A DNA stretch of 64,000 nucleotides from Octopus sinensis (lineage: Eukaryota): assembly GCF_006345805.1 (NCBI RefSeq), contig NC_042998.1, positions 87,792,001 to 87,856,000 on the forward strand. Direction: 5' to 3'. The stretch's first letter is position 1. The number at the start of each line of letters is the position of its first letter. The notes under the pieces were generated by a model. It had not been told where the DNA came from. It did no database searches and worked only from the letters and a program-made list of their open reading frames with translations. Below, one piece after another: positions 41,561 through 53,798 of the stretch. The translations under genes and the position numbers were made by a program.

Positions 41561-41864
41561 ATAATACACACACACACGCTCACACACACAGACACACAGA
41601 CACACAGACACACAGACACACACACAGACACACACACACACACACAAACTCATATATATATATATATATAATAAGCAGAAAATGGAGGAAAATTTTGATC
41701 AAATTTAAAATAAGTATTTCTGCATTTTCTGCTTATTTTAAATTGATTCCTGATAAACTCTTGTTTACTCTGTTATTGCCTGTATCCTATGAGCATAGTA
41801 TGTTTGCATATCCATGCCCAGGTTTAACAATGGTAAATTATACCGGTAGTAATATCGGATATTC

Positions 41865-41917
<53 letters not shown>

Positions 41918-42129
41918 GGTATGTAGAAAAATACAACATGGACAAGAACGTATAACTCATAGAAGACGATACAATAAACATGGACAGGACATTCGAACCC
42001 CTCAGTCTTCAGTCAAGAACCGGATCATCGTAGTAATTTCGGCTGATATATATAGGTGAGTGTGTGCGATTGTCTCTGCTTATTTATGTATATATATATA
42101 TTTATACATGTATGAATGCATGAATGGAT

Positions 42130-42351
42130 TTCTTTTATTTTTTATTTGTTTCAGTAATTTAACTGCGGCCATGCTGGAGCACCACCTTTAGTCGAACAAA
42201 TCGACCTTAGGACTCATTCTTTGTAAGCCTAGTAGTACTTATTCTATCAGTCTCTGGCCGAACCACTATGTTACCAGTATGTAAACACACCAGCATTGGT
42301 TGTCAAGCGATCGTTGGGGGACAAACACAGGCACACAGACACACAGACACA

Positions 42352-42406
<55 letters not shown>

Positions 42407-42600
42407 ACACACACACACATAGATATATATATATATACGATTGGTTTCTTTCAGTTTCCGTCTGCCAAATCTACTCAGAGGCTTTTGTTGGCCGGCGGCT
42501 TTAGCAGAAGACACTTGCCCAAAGTTCCACGCAGTGGGACTGAACCTGGAACCATGTGGTTGGTAAGCAAGCTACTTACCACACAGCCACTCCTGCGCCA
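42130..42600 (-). mobile_element. SINE family A, full length
   Basis: Reverse head ..TTACCACACAGCCACTCCTGCGCC and reverse tail GCGGCCATGCTGGAGCACCACC. Confidence 0.9.
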
Positions 42601-42660
42601 ATGAAAACTATGAAACGCTTCACGAATTTGCGTGTCATCCTTGCATAGAGATATGTATAT

Positions 42661-42700
<40 letters not shown>

Positions 42701-43424
42701 ATGTGTATTTTTACTTGCTTCAGTCATTTGACTGCGACCATGCTGGAGCACCGCCTTGAGATAGGAATTTGTCCCAGATATATCAGAACTGAATAAAATT
42801 CTTCAAGGCGTGTCAGAGTATGGCCGCAGTCTAAGGAACGAAACTAGTAAAAAATAAAGGATAAAGGATACATACAACACCAACCCCATATACCCCCCAC
42901 ACAAATACACACACATACAAAACTGGGCAAAAGAAGTATTCATTTGCTTGATATGAGTAGTATTCTTCTCCTAAGAGAGGAACAGAGAAATGAAAGAACG
43001 TGCCTCTCATATTAAGCAATTGTATACCTACTTTTACCCTCATCTTCTGTATGTGTGTGTGTGTATGTCCGTATGTATGTATGTATGTATGTATGTATGT
43101 ATGTATGTATGTATGTATGTATGTATGTATGTATGTATGTGTATGCATGCATACATACATCACGAGCACATTCTCACCCACGCACAAAAATATATTGAAC
43201 ACAGCCGACTAACTCAATAATCACCATTTCGCTAATATTTTCCTTTCTCGCTGCTTAAAGCGGTGAGCCAGAACATTGCACAGTACTTATTAAAAATATA
43301 AGGAAGTGGAATTGTCAGCAGTGAAATGTGTTTGTTAGGAACGTAGCATAAGAATTTCATAGTCTCTTCTTTCTCACGAAACCTCTGGTTAAAACTTCTG
43401 TGTGTATATTTCCTTTCCTACTCT

Positions 43425-43826
43425 AGGCACAATTCCCGAATTTATTGTTGGGTGGGGCAGTCGATTAGATCGACCCCAGTACGCAACTGGTACTTAATAT
43501 ATCGACCACGAAAGGATGAAAGGCAAAGTCGACCTCGGCGGAATTTGAACTCAGAACGTAAAGACAGACGAATTACCGCTAAGCAATTCGCCCGGCGTGC
43601 AAACGTTTCTTATTTCTTTACTACCCACAAGGGGCTAAACACAGAGGGAACAAACAAGGGCAGACAAACGGATTAAGTCGATTAACTGGTACTTATTTAA
43701 TCGACCCCGAAAGGATGAAAAGCAAAGTCGACCTCGGCAGAATTTGAACTCAGAACGTGACGACGGGCGAAATACTGCTAAGCATTTCTCCCGGGGTGCT
43801 AACGTTTCTGCCAGCTCGCTGCCTTC
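43425..43826 (-). mobile_element. Composite of two family B SINEs (tail type 2 copy abutting the head of a tail type 1 copy)
   Basis: Two cores separated by TTCTTTACTACCCACAAGGGGCTAAACACAGAGG (reverse tail 2). Confidence 0.85.
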
Positions 43827-44204
43827 TTGTGTGTATATATCGCCTTAAAGAAAAACAGTGTATTAAAAAGTGTGAAATTTTGCAGCAAACTGATGATGCA
43901 ATTCACTGTATGATATAAATTTAGAAGCTATATCAAAGATATTCAATTAAGCTAACAACAGCCAAAATTGGTTAGAAAAATATAGAAGGTTGGAAAATGC
44001 TATATTATCAACAGATATTTAATATTTCGTGATTTAGTTTTAAATTATAACGACAAAAAATATTATTGCTTATTTCTTTGGAAGAACATAACCATTGTAC
44101 AGTATTACATTTAAGTTTATTCTAAATCTATTTTTCACAGGCATACATATTGCCAAATCGAAGGGAAATGCTCAAGTTAATTCCCATTTTGCAATTCCGA
44201 CAAG

Positions 44205-44710
44205 GTGGTGAGCTGGTACGCCGAGCGAAATGCTTAGCGGTATTTCGTCTGTCTTTACGTTCTGACTTCAATTTCCGCCGAGGTCGACTTTGCCTTTTAT
44301 CCTTTCGGGGTCGATGAATTAAGTACCTGTTGCGTACTGGGGTCGATCTAATTGACTGCCCCCCCCCCTCCCCTAAAATTTTGGGCCTTGTGCCTAGAGT
44401 AGAAAAGAACCCTTTGCACGCCGGACGAAATCCTTAGCGGTATTTCGTCTGCGTTACGTTGTGAGTTCAAATTCCGCCGAGGTCGACTTTGCCTTTCATC
44501 CTTTCGGGGTCGATAAATTAAGTACCAGTTACGCACTGGGGTCGATGTAATCGACTTAATACCTATGTCTGTCCTTGTTTGTCCCCTCTGTGTTTAGCCC
44601 CTTGTGGGTAATAAAGAAATAGGTATTTCGTCTATCTTTATGTTCTGGTTCCCATTCCAGTTGACCACTGAGATCGATATAATCGTCAAGGGCCCTCTCA
44701 CCAAAATTCA
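44205..44710 (+). mobile_element. Composite of 2-3 family B SINEs with tail types 1 and 2
   Basis: Tail 1 GGCCTTGTGCCTAGAGTAG at ~44385; tail 2 GCCCCTTGTGGGTAATAAAGAAAT at ~44597. Confidence 0.85.
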
Positions 44711-45279
44711 GACGTATAGTAGAAAGGCTATTTCAATTCCTACAAACGACCACTACACTTAAATTGTTAGCACATAAATGCACTTGCACGTGCGCGCACA
44801 CGTACACACACATATACACACAAACAAACACACACAGAAACGTAGCCAGTCGTCATTCGCGAGAAAGTATGGCTTTGTAGTATGTACCATACCTTCGCAA
44901 GTTATTTAATGTGTCCATATACTTGCAAGCCGATAAAATGGAACGTATTGCATCAGCATAAAATGAAGAGCCTTCCTCGAGGATACAATTCACTGCTCGA
45001 TACAGAAATTAAATAAATTCATGACCTTATAATCACGAGTCGAACGCATTCATATTTCGTATCTTTCATATTTAACCATGTCATCAGACTTGACCCATTA
45101 GGATCTGCCTAGTTAAGGAGCCACAAGCATAATAAACTGTAAGCTTCATTCAGCCACCAAATTTTGCTCGAGAGAACTTTACGTGGAAATTTATGTGGAA
45201 ATTGAGTGAAACAGATTTCTAATAAATAAATAGAAACACTGCTCCTTGTATTTAGTACTCTTTTCTTTTGTTTCAAAAC

Positions 45280-45341
<62 letters not shown>

Positions 45342-45574
45342 ATGTGTGTGTGTGTGTGTGTATCACTGGTCACAATGCGGTTCTCATAGTTTTAGCTTTT
45401 GAATGACGCTGCCCCGCTGGCTAGGTGAGCAGGCCAACATTCAACCTGATCGGAAGGCTATTCTGTTTGGTCCGGGAATCGAATCCATTAATTAGCATAC
45501 AAACACTAATTGTAACGAATATTAATTATCACACCCAACCTAAAGTAGTTGTATTATTTATAACGCTTTAGACT

Positions 45575-46015
45575 GCTGTAAACGTCTCGAAAATTCTGGA
45601 GTGCTGAGATGGCACGTTAAATGAAAATTAAGCTGTTTGTTTCTGTGGTAGATTCAGTTTTGTTACACTGCAGAAACTTGGACCCTCACCAAAATGATTG
45701 AAAATCAAATAAACGGTCGCTACACAGGAATGTTAAGAATGGCTCTAAATATTACATGACGAGTTCATTTAACCAACGAGCAGCTTTATCAAGATCTATC
45801 AAAAGTGGCTGAGGAGATTCAGCAGAGAAGAATAAGAATTGCTAGTAACTGCGTCAAGCACCCAGAAGAAACTGTGTGTCAGCTGGTCCTATGGCTGTTA
45901 GTTGAAAGAAGAATCAACAGGGGAAAACAACGTCCAGCCTATTTGGACAACTTGTTTCTGGATAGTAGAATGGCAAATACTGACGAATTAAGAACATACA
46001 TGGGGGAACCACAAT
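45575..46015 (+). pseudogene. Decayed 3' part of an RTE LINE ORF
   Basis: ETWTLTKMIENQINGRYTGMLRMALNIT, LTNEQLYQDLSKVAEEIQQRRIRIASNCVKHPEE..LVLW. Confidence 0.8.
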
Positions 46016-46087
46016 GGATGGTGTGCTTGCGTGAAATCATCGAGACGGTCAGACTGACTAAGCTAAACTCGTGTAGACAACAAATAC

Positions 46088-46270
46088 TAAATAGCATCGA
46101 AATTTTATTATCGGTTGACGAAATTCCGTCTGTTCACTGGCGGTGGTACTACTGTATCGCGATTTCACAGTATCGTGCATCATCATTAGTAGCTAACCAA
46201 GTCGAATTCGGAATTTCGAATGCTAGACAGAATTTTGTCAACCGATAATAGAATTTCGATGCATTTTAGC
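46088..46270. repeat. MITE-like fold-back element with 38-bp arms
   Basis: 46094-46131 and 46225-46262 are reverse complements with 3 mismatches. Confidence 0.7.
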
Positions 46271-46383
46271 ATTTAACGTCCACATGATTTTTCGGAACGC
46301 TTACATCAGTCTCAGGCGTTATAAAAAAATATCCTAGTTAAGTAGCATGTGTTACTTAATTTGAATCACATTCAAATTCAAAA

Positions 46384-46424
46384 TGGCTGACGACAAGCAT
46401 CGCGCTTGAAACTCAAGACTAGCA
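46384..46424 (+). ncRNA. Minimal hammerhead motif (family B)
   Basis: TGG-CTGACGA-C-AAGC-ATCGC-GCTT-GAAA-CTCAAGAC-TA-GCA; perfect stem II; flanks match 1478-1556, then (AT)n. Confidence 0.6.
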
Positions 46425-46450
46425 ACGAATTTGAATAAAATTGTTTTGAT

Positions 46451-46502
<52 letters not shown>

Positions 46503-46844
46503 CACGGACGGGCCGCCTAGGTAGGCAAGGTAGACAATGCTTAGCTTGAATAAGATCGATAGCAACATTTTCCTCTCATGGTAAAATATGCACAATCCAA
46601 ATGTTTTATTTTTTTGTAGATTAAGTAGACATAATTCGCCCTTGCTTTTCAATCTCTTTATTTAAGCTATGCATAGTACTGTTGTAGTACACGTGCTGCG
46701 CACATTTCTACAACAACGTTTTCTTTACGTGTTATAAAGGCGGAAATAAATCTGCCTTCAACTCAGTCGCGCGTCTATGTTTCGCTTATTTTAGTATGTT
46801 TTACTATATAAAGTTTGCCAACTGCCTATGCAGAGTAATTACTG

Positions 46845-46949
<105 letters not shown>

Positions 46950-47047
46950 AATGGTATAAGGAATTAACGCTCTAATTGATCAAAACAAATTTATAACATT
47001 CTCATATTATCATAAATCAAACATAAATAAATATATTATTATTCGTC

Positions 47048-47118
<71 letters not shown>

Positions 47119-47122
<4 letters not shown>

Positions 47123-48395
47123 GTTGTCAAGAAAGTTCTTGTGAAATTTTAGAGTTTGGTTTTAAATGATGTATTTTCAAATTAATTTTCGTTAAATTAC
47201 TTTGATTTTATATATCATTTTAAAGCCCATTTTTCGCTCTATTTAATCGTGTCACTCTTTTTTTTTTAATAATTAGGTCATTTTTTCTGGAACATTGACT
47301 ACAACATGGACAAAAAGCAAAATCGTACAATTTTCTTATTCCAGTTCAAACAAGGCCGAAAAGCTGCTGAAACAGCTCGTGATATCAACGATGGGTTTGG
47401 CCCAGGAACCACTAATGAACGTACAGCACAATGGTGGTTCAAGAAATTTTGTAGCGGTGACGAGAGTTTTGAAGATGATAAGTGTAGTGGTTGGCCATCT
47501 TCAACGATCAACTAAGAGCCTTAGTCGAATCAATCCACGCACAACTGTTCGAGAGATTGCTTCTGAATTAGATGTAACGTATACAACAATTTCCAACCAC
47601 TTGAAAGAGATTGGAAAAACAAAGATTCTTGAGAAATGGGTGCTACACGAATTGAACGACACCCCCACCCCACCAAAAAATGCCGTTTTGAAGTGTTGGC
47701 TTTTACGTTACAAGAACGATCCGTTTTTCGAGCGGATTGTGACTTGCGATGAAAAGTGGATTCTTTATGACAACCGGCGACATTCAGCTCAGTGGTTGGA
47801 CGCTGATGAAGCTCCACGACACTTCCCGAAGCCAAAATTGCACCAAAAGAAGGTCATGCTACTGTTTGGTGGTCTGCGGACGGTCTCATCCATCACAGCT
47901 TTTTGGATCCAGGCGAAGCCATTACGGCGGAGAAGTACTGTCGGCAAATGGATGAAATGCATAAAAAACTCCGACAACAGCCAGCATTGGTCAATAGAAA
48001 AGGACGAGTTCTTCTCCACGACAACGCTTGGTCGCAAGTCGCACAACTGGCCCTGCAGAAGTTGAACGAATTGGGTTACGAAACTCTGCCTCATCCGCCA
48101 TACTCACCAGACCACTTGCCTGCCGACTACTATTTTTTCAAGCATCTCGACAACTTCCTGCGTGAGAAATGCTTCAAAAACCAAGACGATGCCAAAAGAC
48201 GCCTTCAACGACTTCATCGCCACCAGAGCGCAGAATTTTTACGCTACTGGCATAAATAAATTTGTTTCGCGTTGGCAAAATTGTGTTGATTCTGGTGGTG
48301 TTTATTTCTATTAATAAAGTTTTGTTTGAGCCGAGGTATGTGCCTCTGAATTTAAAGATAAACATGCACAATTCAGAATCAAGAACAAATATTAA
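47119..48395 (+). mobile_element. Full-length, inactivated mariner transposon (DD34D; cecropia/Hsmar1-like)
   Basis: [41 protein letters not shown] across frameshifted ORFs 47306-48270; left TIR TTAGGTTGTC after (TA)n; right TIR decayed; ~1.28 kb. Confidence 0.92.
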
Positions 48396-48674
48396 TATAT
48401 AAATAAACATCACTAGCTCGTAATTCGACGCTGTGTTGCGATTCAATTTCGTCGATGAAATTTCATATTATTAGTGCTGAAGTGGTAAATCTGTAATAAC
48501 TACTAGTTTCACTCGCCGACTGAAACATCCAGATAACACAAATGAAACACCCCCCACACACATTTTCAACATTGAGGGAGTTTTCTTTACCGGTTTAAGA
48601 AGTACAAGAAGCCATTGAATTCCATTGTTACAGAATGCAATGCAACACTAAAATTCAAAAGTCAATATACACAT

Positions 48675-48830
48675 ATAGAAAGGCGGTGAGTAGGCATTTC
48701 GTGCTGAGTTCAAATTCCCCGAGGTCGACTTTGCCTTTCATTCTTTCGGAGATGATTACTGGGATCGATGTAATCGATCTATCCCCTGCGAACTTGCTGG
48801 CTTTCTGCCAAAATTTGAAACCAATACACT
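48675..48830 (+). mobile_element. SINE family B (internally deleted)
   Basis: AAGGCGGTGAG..GAGTTCAAATTCCCCGAGGTCGACTTTGCCTTTCATT. Confidence 0.8.
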
Positions 48831-49629
48831 CATATAGGATATCTTAGTAATAAATTTAATATAAGACATAGTTCAAACTATTTCCTCACCGATGAAGGAA
48901 ATCTAACTTAACGGATAGAAAAGTTAATGCATGGTGACAACTAATGATAATATTCACAAGTGCGTTGCCATGAGTCTCGGCTACAATAACAAGAGCAAAA
49001 GTATTATAATTATTTCACCGAATGAATAAGCCTAAGGAGCTATTAAAGCATTAAAGACTAATTAAAAAGATTTCAAAAACCCATATTTTCAGTAACACAC
49101 ACATAAAAATTGCATTTTGGTGTCGTCGTATCGGTTATTTATTAAACAAAGAACGTATTGCGTCCAGGTTTTTATTGCTTTTTTATAGTTTATTGCATAA
49201 AGCTATTTTATGGGGCGCCGGCGGCATTGCTATTGTATTTATTTTATAAATCACAGTATTTATTCAAACTCAAATAATATTCAAATAAATACAATAATGT
49301 TATCATTGACCAGTTCATGAATATTCGATAAAAATTTTAATGCTATTGATATTGAAAAGAATAAATACTTGAAAATAATACAGTATCATATTACTTTGAA
49401 TGTCTATCAAAGTCAGTTTAATGTCCATATCGATGTAATTCTTTAGATTTGCTCTTTGCTTCAACACAACTGTATAAAACACTTGGAATTGATGTGACAT
49501 TTACCAGTTTCTGACATCGGTATAGTAAATAAAATGTCCAAAAGTTTGAAAATGAGATTATGTGACGTTCGTTCCTTTCTCAAGAACAGACATGATATGA
49601 GCCAAGGGAAGAATAAATTCTGCTACAAT

Positions 49630-49770
49630 GGTTTCAAATTTTAGCACAAGGCCAACAATTTCGGTGCAAGTCGATTACATCGACCCCAGTACTTATTTTA
49701 GCGATCCCAGGTACTTATTTTGTCAAACCAGAAAGGATGAAAGGCAAAGCTGATATCGGTGGAATTTGAA
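49630..49770 (-). mobile_element. SINE family B fragment
   Basis: GCACAAGGCC..GTCGATTACATCGACCCCAGTAC..GAAAGGATGAAAGGCAAAG. Confidence 0.75.
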
Positions 49771-51977
49771 GTTCACTTTTCCATTATACATTATGACCCT
49801 GCCATACGCAAAAAACATATTGAATAATTTATTTCTAAGTGTATTATGTTTGAAAAAAAGAAAGAATGGCCGCCGCTGGAACACCTTCGCTCATAATTCA
49901 GTCATCTCGACAGGATAGATTTTGGGGCTAAACAATAATAACAATGTGACATTCGATTTTTCCTAGTGCGAAACAGGAGATGGCTTATTCACATTGACCA
50001 AGCTATCGCAGAATCAATAAGTTAGTAGTTCGTATCCCATCACCGACATTACATCCGCTATGTAAACAATGAGAATGAAATAATTCAGCTCTGGAAAATT
50101 GAGTGTGTTGATAGCTTGCATTAATGCAAAATATCCGCAACTGACCTCAGCTCAGAGAGTGGAATTATTGCACACCCGCTTAATGTTACAAGCACTGATA
50201 GCATTGTGAATAACCGTCGCTCTTATTAAACAAATGTTCTTGGGTTCACTACATGAAACAGGCGTTATCAAGAGACTCGACACAGAAAGCCAAACTAAAA
50301 TTTAAAATAAACAGAGATTGTTTCACTAGAAGCACGCTTTACTGTAAGCAAGACATAGATGGTTTTGAATAGTAAACATTATCTTTAGATCATTATACGA
50401 ATTTTCTTCAACTCATCTGAAGGCTACAGCTGGGATTAAATCATAAGCATTAAGTTCAAGGAGATATTAACATTGCGCCAGTAGCCCGCATTCTCAGATC
50501 GTCAATCACACTCTTGAATTTTTTATCCTTCAAATCGTGAACGCAACGAAATTATTGGAAATATTTCTTCATACTAAGCTTGTCTCATGCAATTAGTGAT
50601 ATGAATCAACAGGCACGGATCTGTGTTGATTTACTGAGGGTTAAGCAACTCAACTTCCATGTCAACCCTGATCGAGTAAGAATATGATCAAGGACATTCC
50701 ACCCTTGCCATCTTTTCTTTTCATGGGCATCTTGGTCTGCGATATCTAATGTGCACTCTTTGGTAGGGTGCGCTTTGAATGAAATTTGGCTGCTATTTCT
50801 AGCAAGCCGAGTGACTTCCTTCACTTGGATGTTTCGACCCAAAAGATGAATCTACGATCTAGATTGCTCTATTTTTCATATTTATTTGTATTCGTTTCAG
50901 TCCTGCCAAAATGAATAATCAAACCTTATGTAAACTATATCTGAGTTAAGAAAAGGTGAGAAATCTGAAATGATGGCAAATAGAAAAATAAGTAAATAAA
51001 TGAAAAAAAAAAGGAAGGAAGAAAGAAAGAAAAAAAAGAACGAAAGATGAATGACAGAGATATCATGCAATGAAAAATGAATGAAAGAAGAAATGACAGC
51101 AGAAATACATACAAGAATTGTTAAATATATTTTAACAATAAACATAATTAATAGATGTTTCAAAGAATTGAAAATAATTGTCAACATTGTAAATCAGTAA
51201 CTTTGTTTTGTTTGTTTGTTAAAAAAAGATTATGCTGGACACGACGGTCCAATAGAATATATAGAGAAAACGGAAGAAAATTATCTTTTGATAAAATGAT
51301 AGAGAACAACTGTTCAATTCAGAATATATAATGTGGTTATTTTTGTGTTTTGTGTTACCCTACAGATAGTATCCGACTGAAAGAAAGAGTGTTCTAAATT
51401 GATTAGGCAAGAGAGATAGGGAGAGGGGGGGCGGAGGGATGGAAAGAGAGACGGAGAGATAGACAAGACAGAGGGAGAGGAAGAGACAAAAGGAGAGAGA
51501 AAAAGAGAAAGCGAATGTGTGTGTGTATGTGAGTGTGTATGTGAGTGTGTATGTGTGTGTATGTGAATGTGGAAGTAAGTGTGTGTATGCATGTGCGCGC
51601 AAACGCTTGTTAAAATAACACAGGCTAAGAAACAGCAGCAAGCAAAGCGAGCGCTGTGTTGCTGCTGAGTAATTTCCATTTTTAATCTCTGGTAGACTCA
51701 AGTGAATCAGTGACCGAGAATTTGCTGAGGTTTGTTGATTGGTCAAGAAGAGTGAGTAGAGGTGACTTTGTTAAGTAAGTTAAGTTTCTGGAGCAAATAT
51801 TTATAGTTGGCTAATGGAATGAAGTTAACAATTTCTGTTCGTAGTTGATAGCTCGGTTGAATGGAGGCTGTTAATTTTTCTATATCTGTGAGCGAAATAC
51901 ATTTGACAAACAGAAGCTATGAAAAGCTAGTAATGGCAGAATCATATATATTAAAAGTGTAGGTGCTATATATATAT

Positions 51978-52073
51978 ATAAATGAAAGAATGGAGTCGAA
52001 CGACGATTTTAACAAAATTCCTGAGTAAAGGAATTTTGTTAAAATCGTCGTTCGACTCCATTCTTTCATTTAT
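51978..52073. repeat. Perfect 45-bp hairpin (6-nt loop) next to (TA)n
   Basis: 51978-52022 is the exact reverse complement of 52029-52073; loop GAGTAA. Confidence 0.95.
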
Positions 52074-52255
52074 TCATAGTTAAAAAAAACACTCAATTTA
52101 CACACGAGAACACGGGATCCCTGCCCTTGGCATATAGCTTCAACCGTGTTTTCTGACGTGAATTTGCTACCCATGTATCGGTTAACCGAATTATCCATAC
52201 TAGGATAATTTATTCACCTTCTTAAAATATATATAGATATATATATATATATTAT

Positions 52256-53409
52256 ATAAAAGGGCTTAGTAAAATAAATTACTTTGCCGCATACTGAACT
52301 CATTAGAAATAGCAGCTAAAAAACTTTTTTAAGGCTATTTCTAATACTTAAAGAAAATCTCTCTCATATATAGTGTTTGCTTAATTCAACTCACAAAAGT
52401 TTGGGGGTAAGGACAATCGAAAAATCTTCGATTCTTCGCTTGCTTATTTTGAATTTGTTGGCACTGTTAGTTGGGAGCAGATCTTCGAAAGGGTATGTCT
52501 TATTTTCAGTGTTTCCAAATCCAAACCAAGGAATTTCTGAGCCGATGATAGAAATGTTGTTTTGACTAATCTTGAAACGTACGTTCTCGAATAACTTAGC
52601 ATTGATTTTTCGATGTCCTTACCCCCAAAACTTTTGTGAGTTGAATTAAGCAAACACTATATATGAGAGAGATTTTCTTTAAGTATTAGAAATAGCCTTA
52701 AAAAAGTTTTTTAGCTGCTATTTCTAATGAGTTCAGTATGCGGCAAAGTAATTTATTTTACTAAGCCCCCTTTTATAATGTAATAATTTGAATTCGCCTT
52801 GAATGGTCCCTTTGCATACTGAACACTTGGTGAAATGATTATAATTAATTAATTTTGCCCTCAATTGTTGAAATTATAATTAATCTCCCTCTGATTAATA
52901 CTTCGGATTTTACCGAAATAAGCATAGTGTTTGATGATTTCAACCCACGCTGGTGGAAAGGAGAGAACAAAGATTCTTCGCTGCTTATTTTGAATTTGTT
53001 GGCACTGTTAGTTGGGAGCAGATCTTCGAAAGGGTATGTTCTTATTTTCAGTGTTTCCAAATCCAAACCAAGGAATTTCTGAGCCGATGATAGAAATGTT
53101 GTTTTGACTAATCTTGAAACGTACGTTTCTCGAATAACCTTAGCATTTGATTTTTCGATGTCCTTACCCCAAACTTTTGTGAGTTGAATTAAGCAAACAC
53201 TATATATGAGAGAGATTTTCTTTAAGTATTAGAAATTAGCCTTAAAAAAGTTTTTTAGCTGCTATTTCTAATGAGTTCAGTATGCGGAAAGTAATTTATT
53301 TTACTAAGCCTTTTATATAATGTAATAATTTGAATTCGCCGAATGGTCCCTTTGCATACTGAACACTTGGTGAAATGATTAATAATTAATTAATTTTGCC
53401 CTCATTGTT
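52256..53409. repeat. Inverted (~170 bp) plus direct (~435 bp) repeat complex between (TA)n tracts; Penelope-type insertion architecture
   Basis: 52256-52425 is the reverse complement of ~52607-52778; 52431-52863 is repeated at 52972-53409. Confidence 0.85.
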
Positions 53410-53798
53410 GAAATATATATTATATATATATATATATATGTATGTATATATATATATATAATATATATATCAATTTTCAGGATTCGAAAGAATCAGGTAT
53501 TTGAATAGTAAAATCACCAAGGTACAGTCGGGAATATGAACCGACAATATATGCTGACATACACGTACTTACAAAGGTAAATACGGATTTGTCCTTCTAT
53601 CGTCCAACGCTGGCTTAGCTTGTATTAAAATAATAGATTTGTACTCTACAAAAGTATAGAGTAATCCATTAGATTAATGTAAAATTGTTTTTATTAGAAC
53701 TGAAATAAAAAACAAACCTATATATATAATATATATTTATAATAGTATTGTGTTAGTATATATATATATATAAGATATATATTATATATATATATTTA

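Noticed and set aside
41930-42050. Minus-strand CTGAAGA...TTCGAA and CCGAAATTAC motifs in a (TA)n-flanked fragment
   Set aside because: I could not assemble stems I-III in any permutation; possibly PLE-related but unsupported.
52715-52760. CTAATGAG...GGAAAGTA hammerhead-like string (also at ~53265)
   Set aside because: G5 is missing, there is no stem II, and it is explained by a local palindrome.
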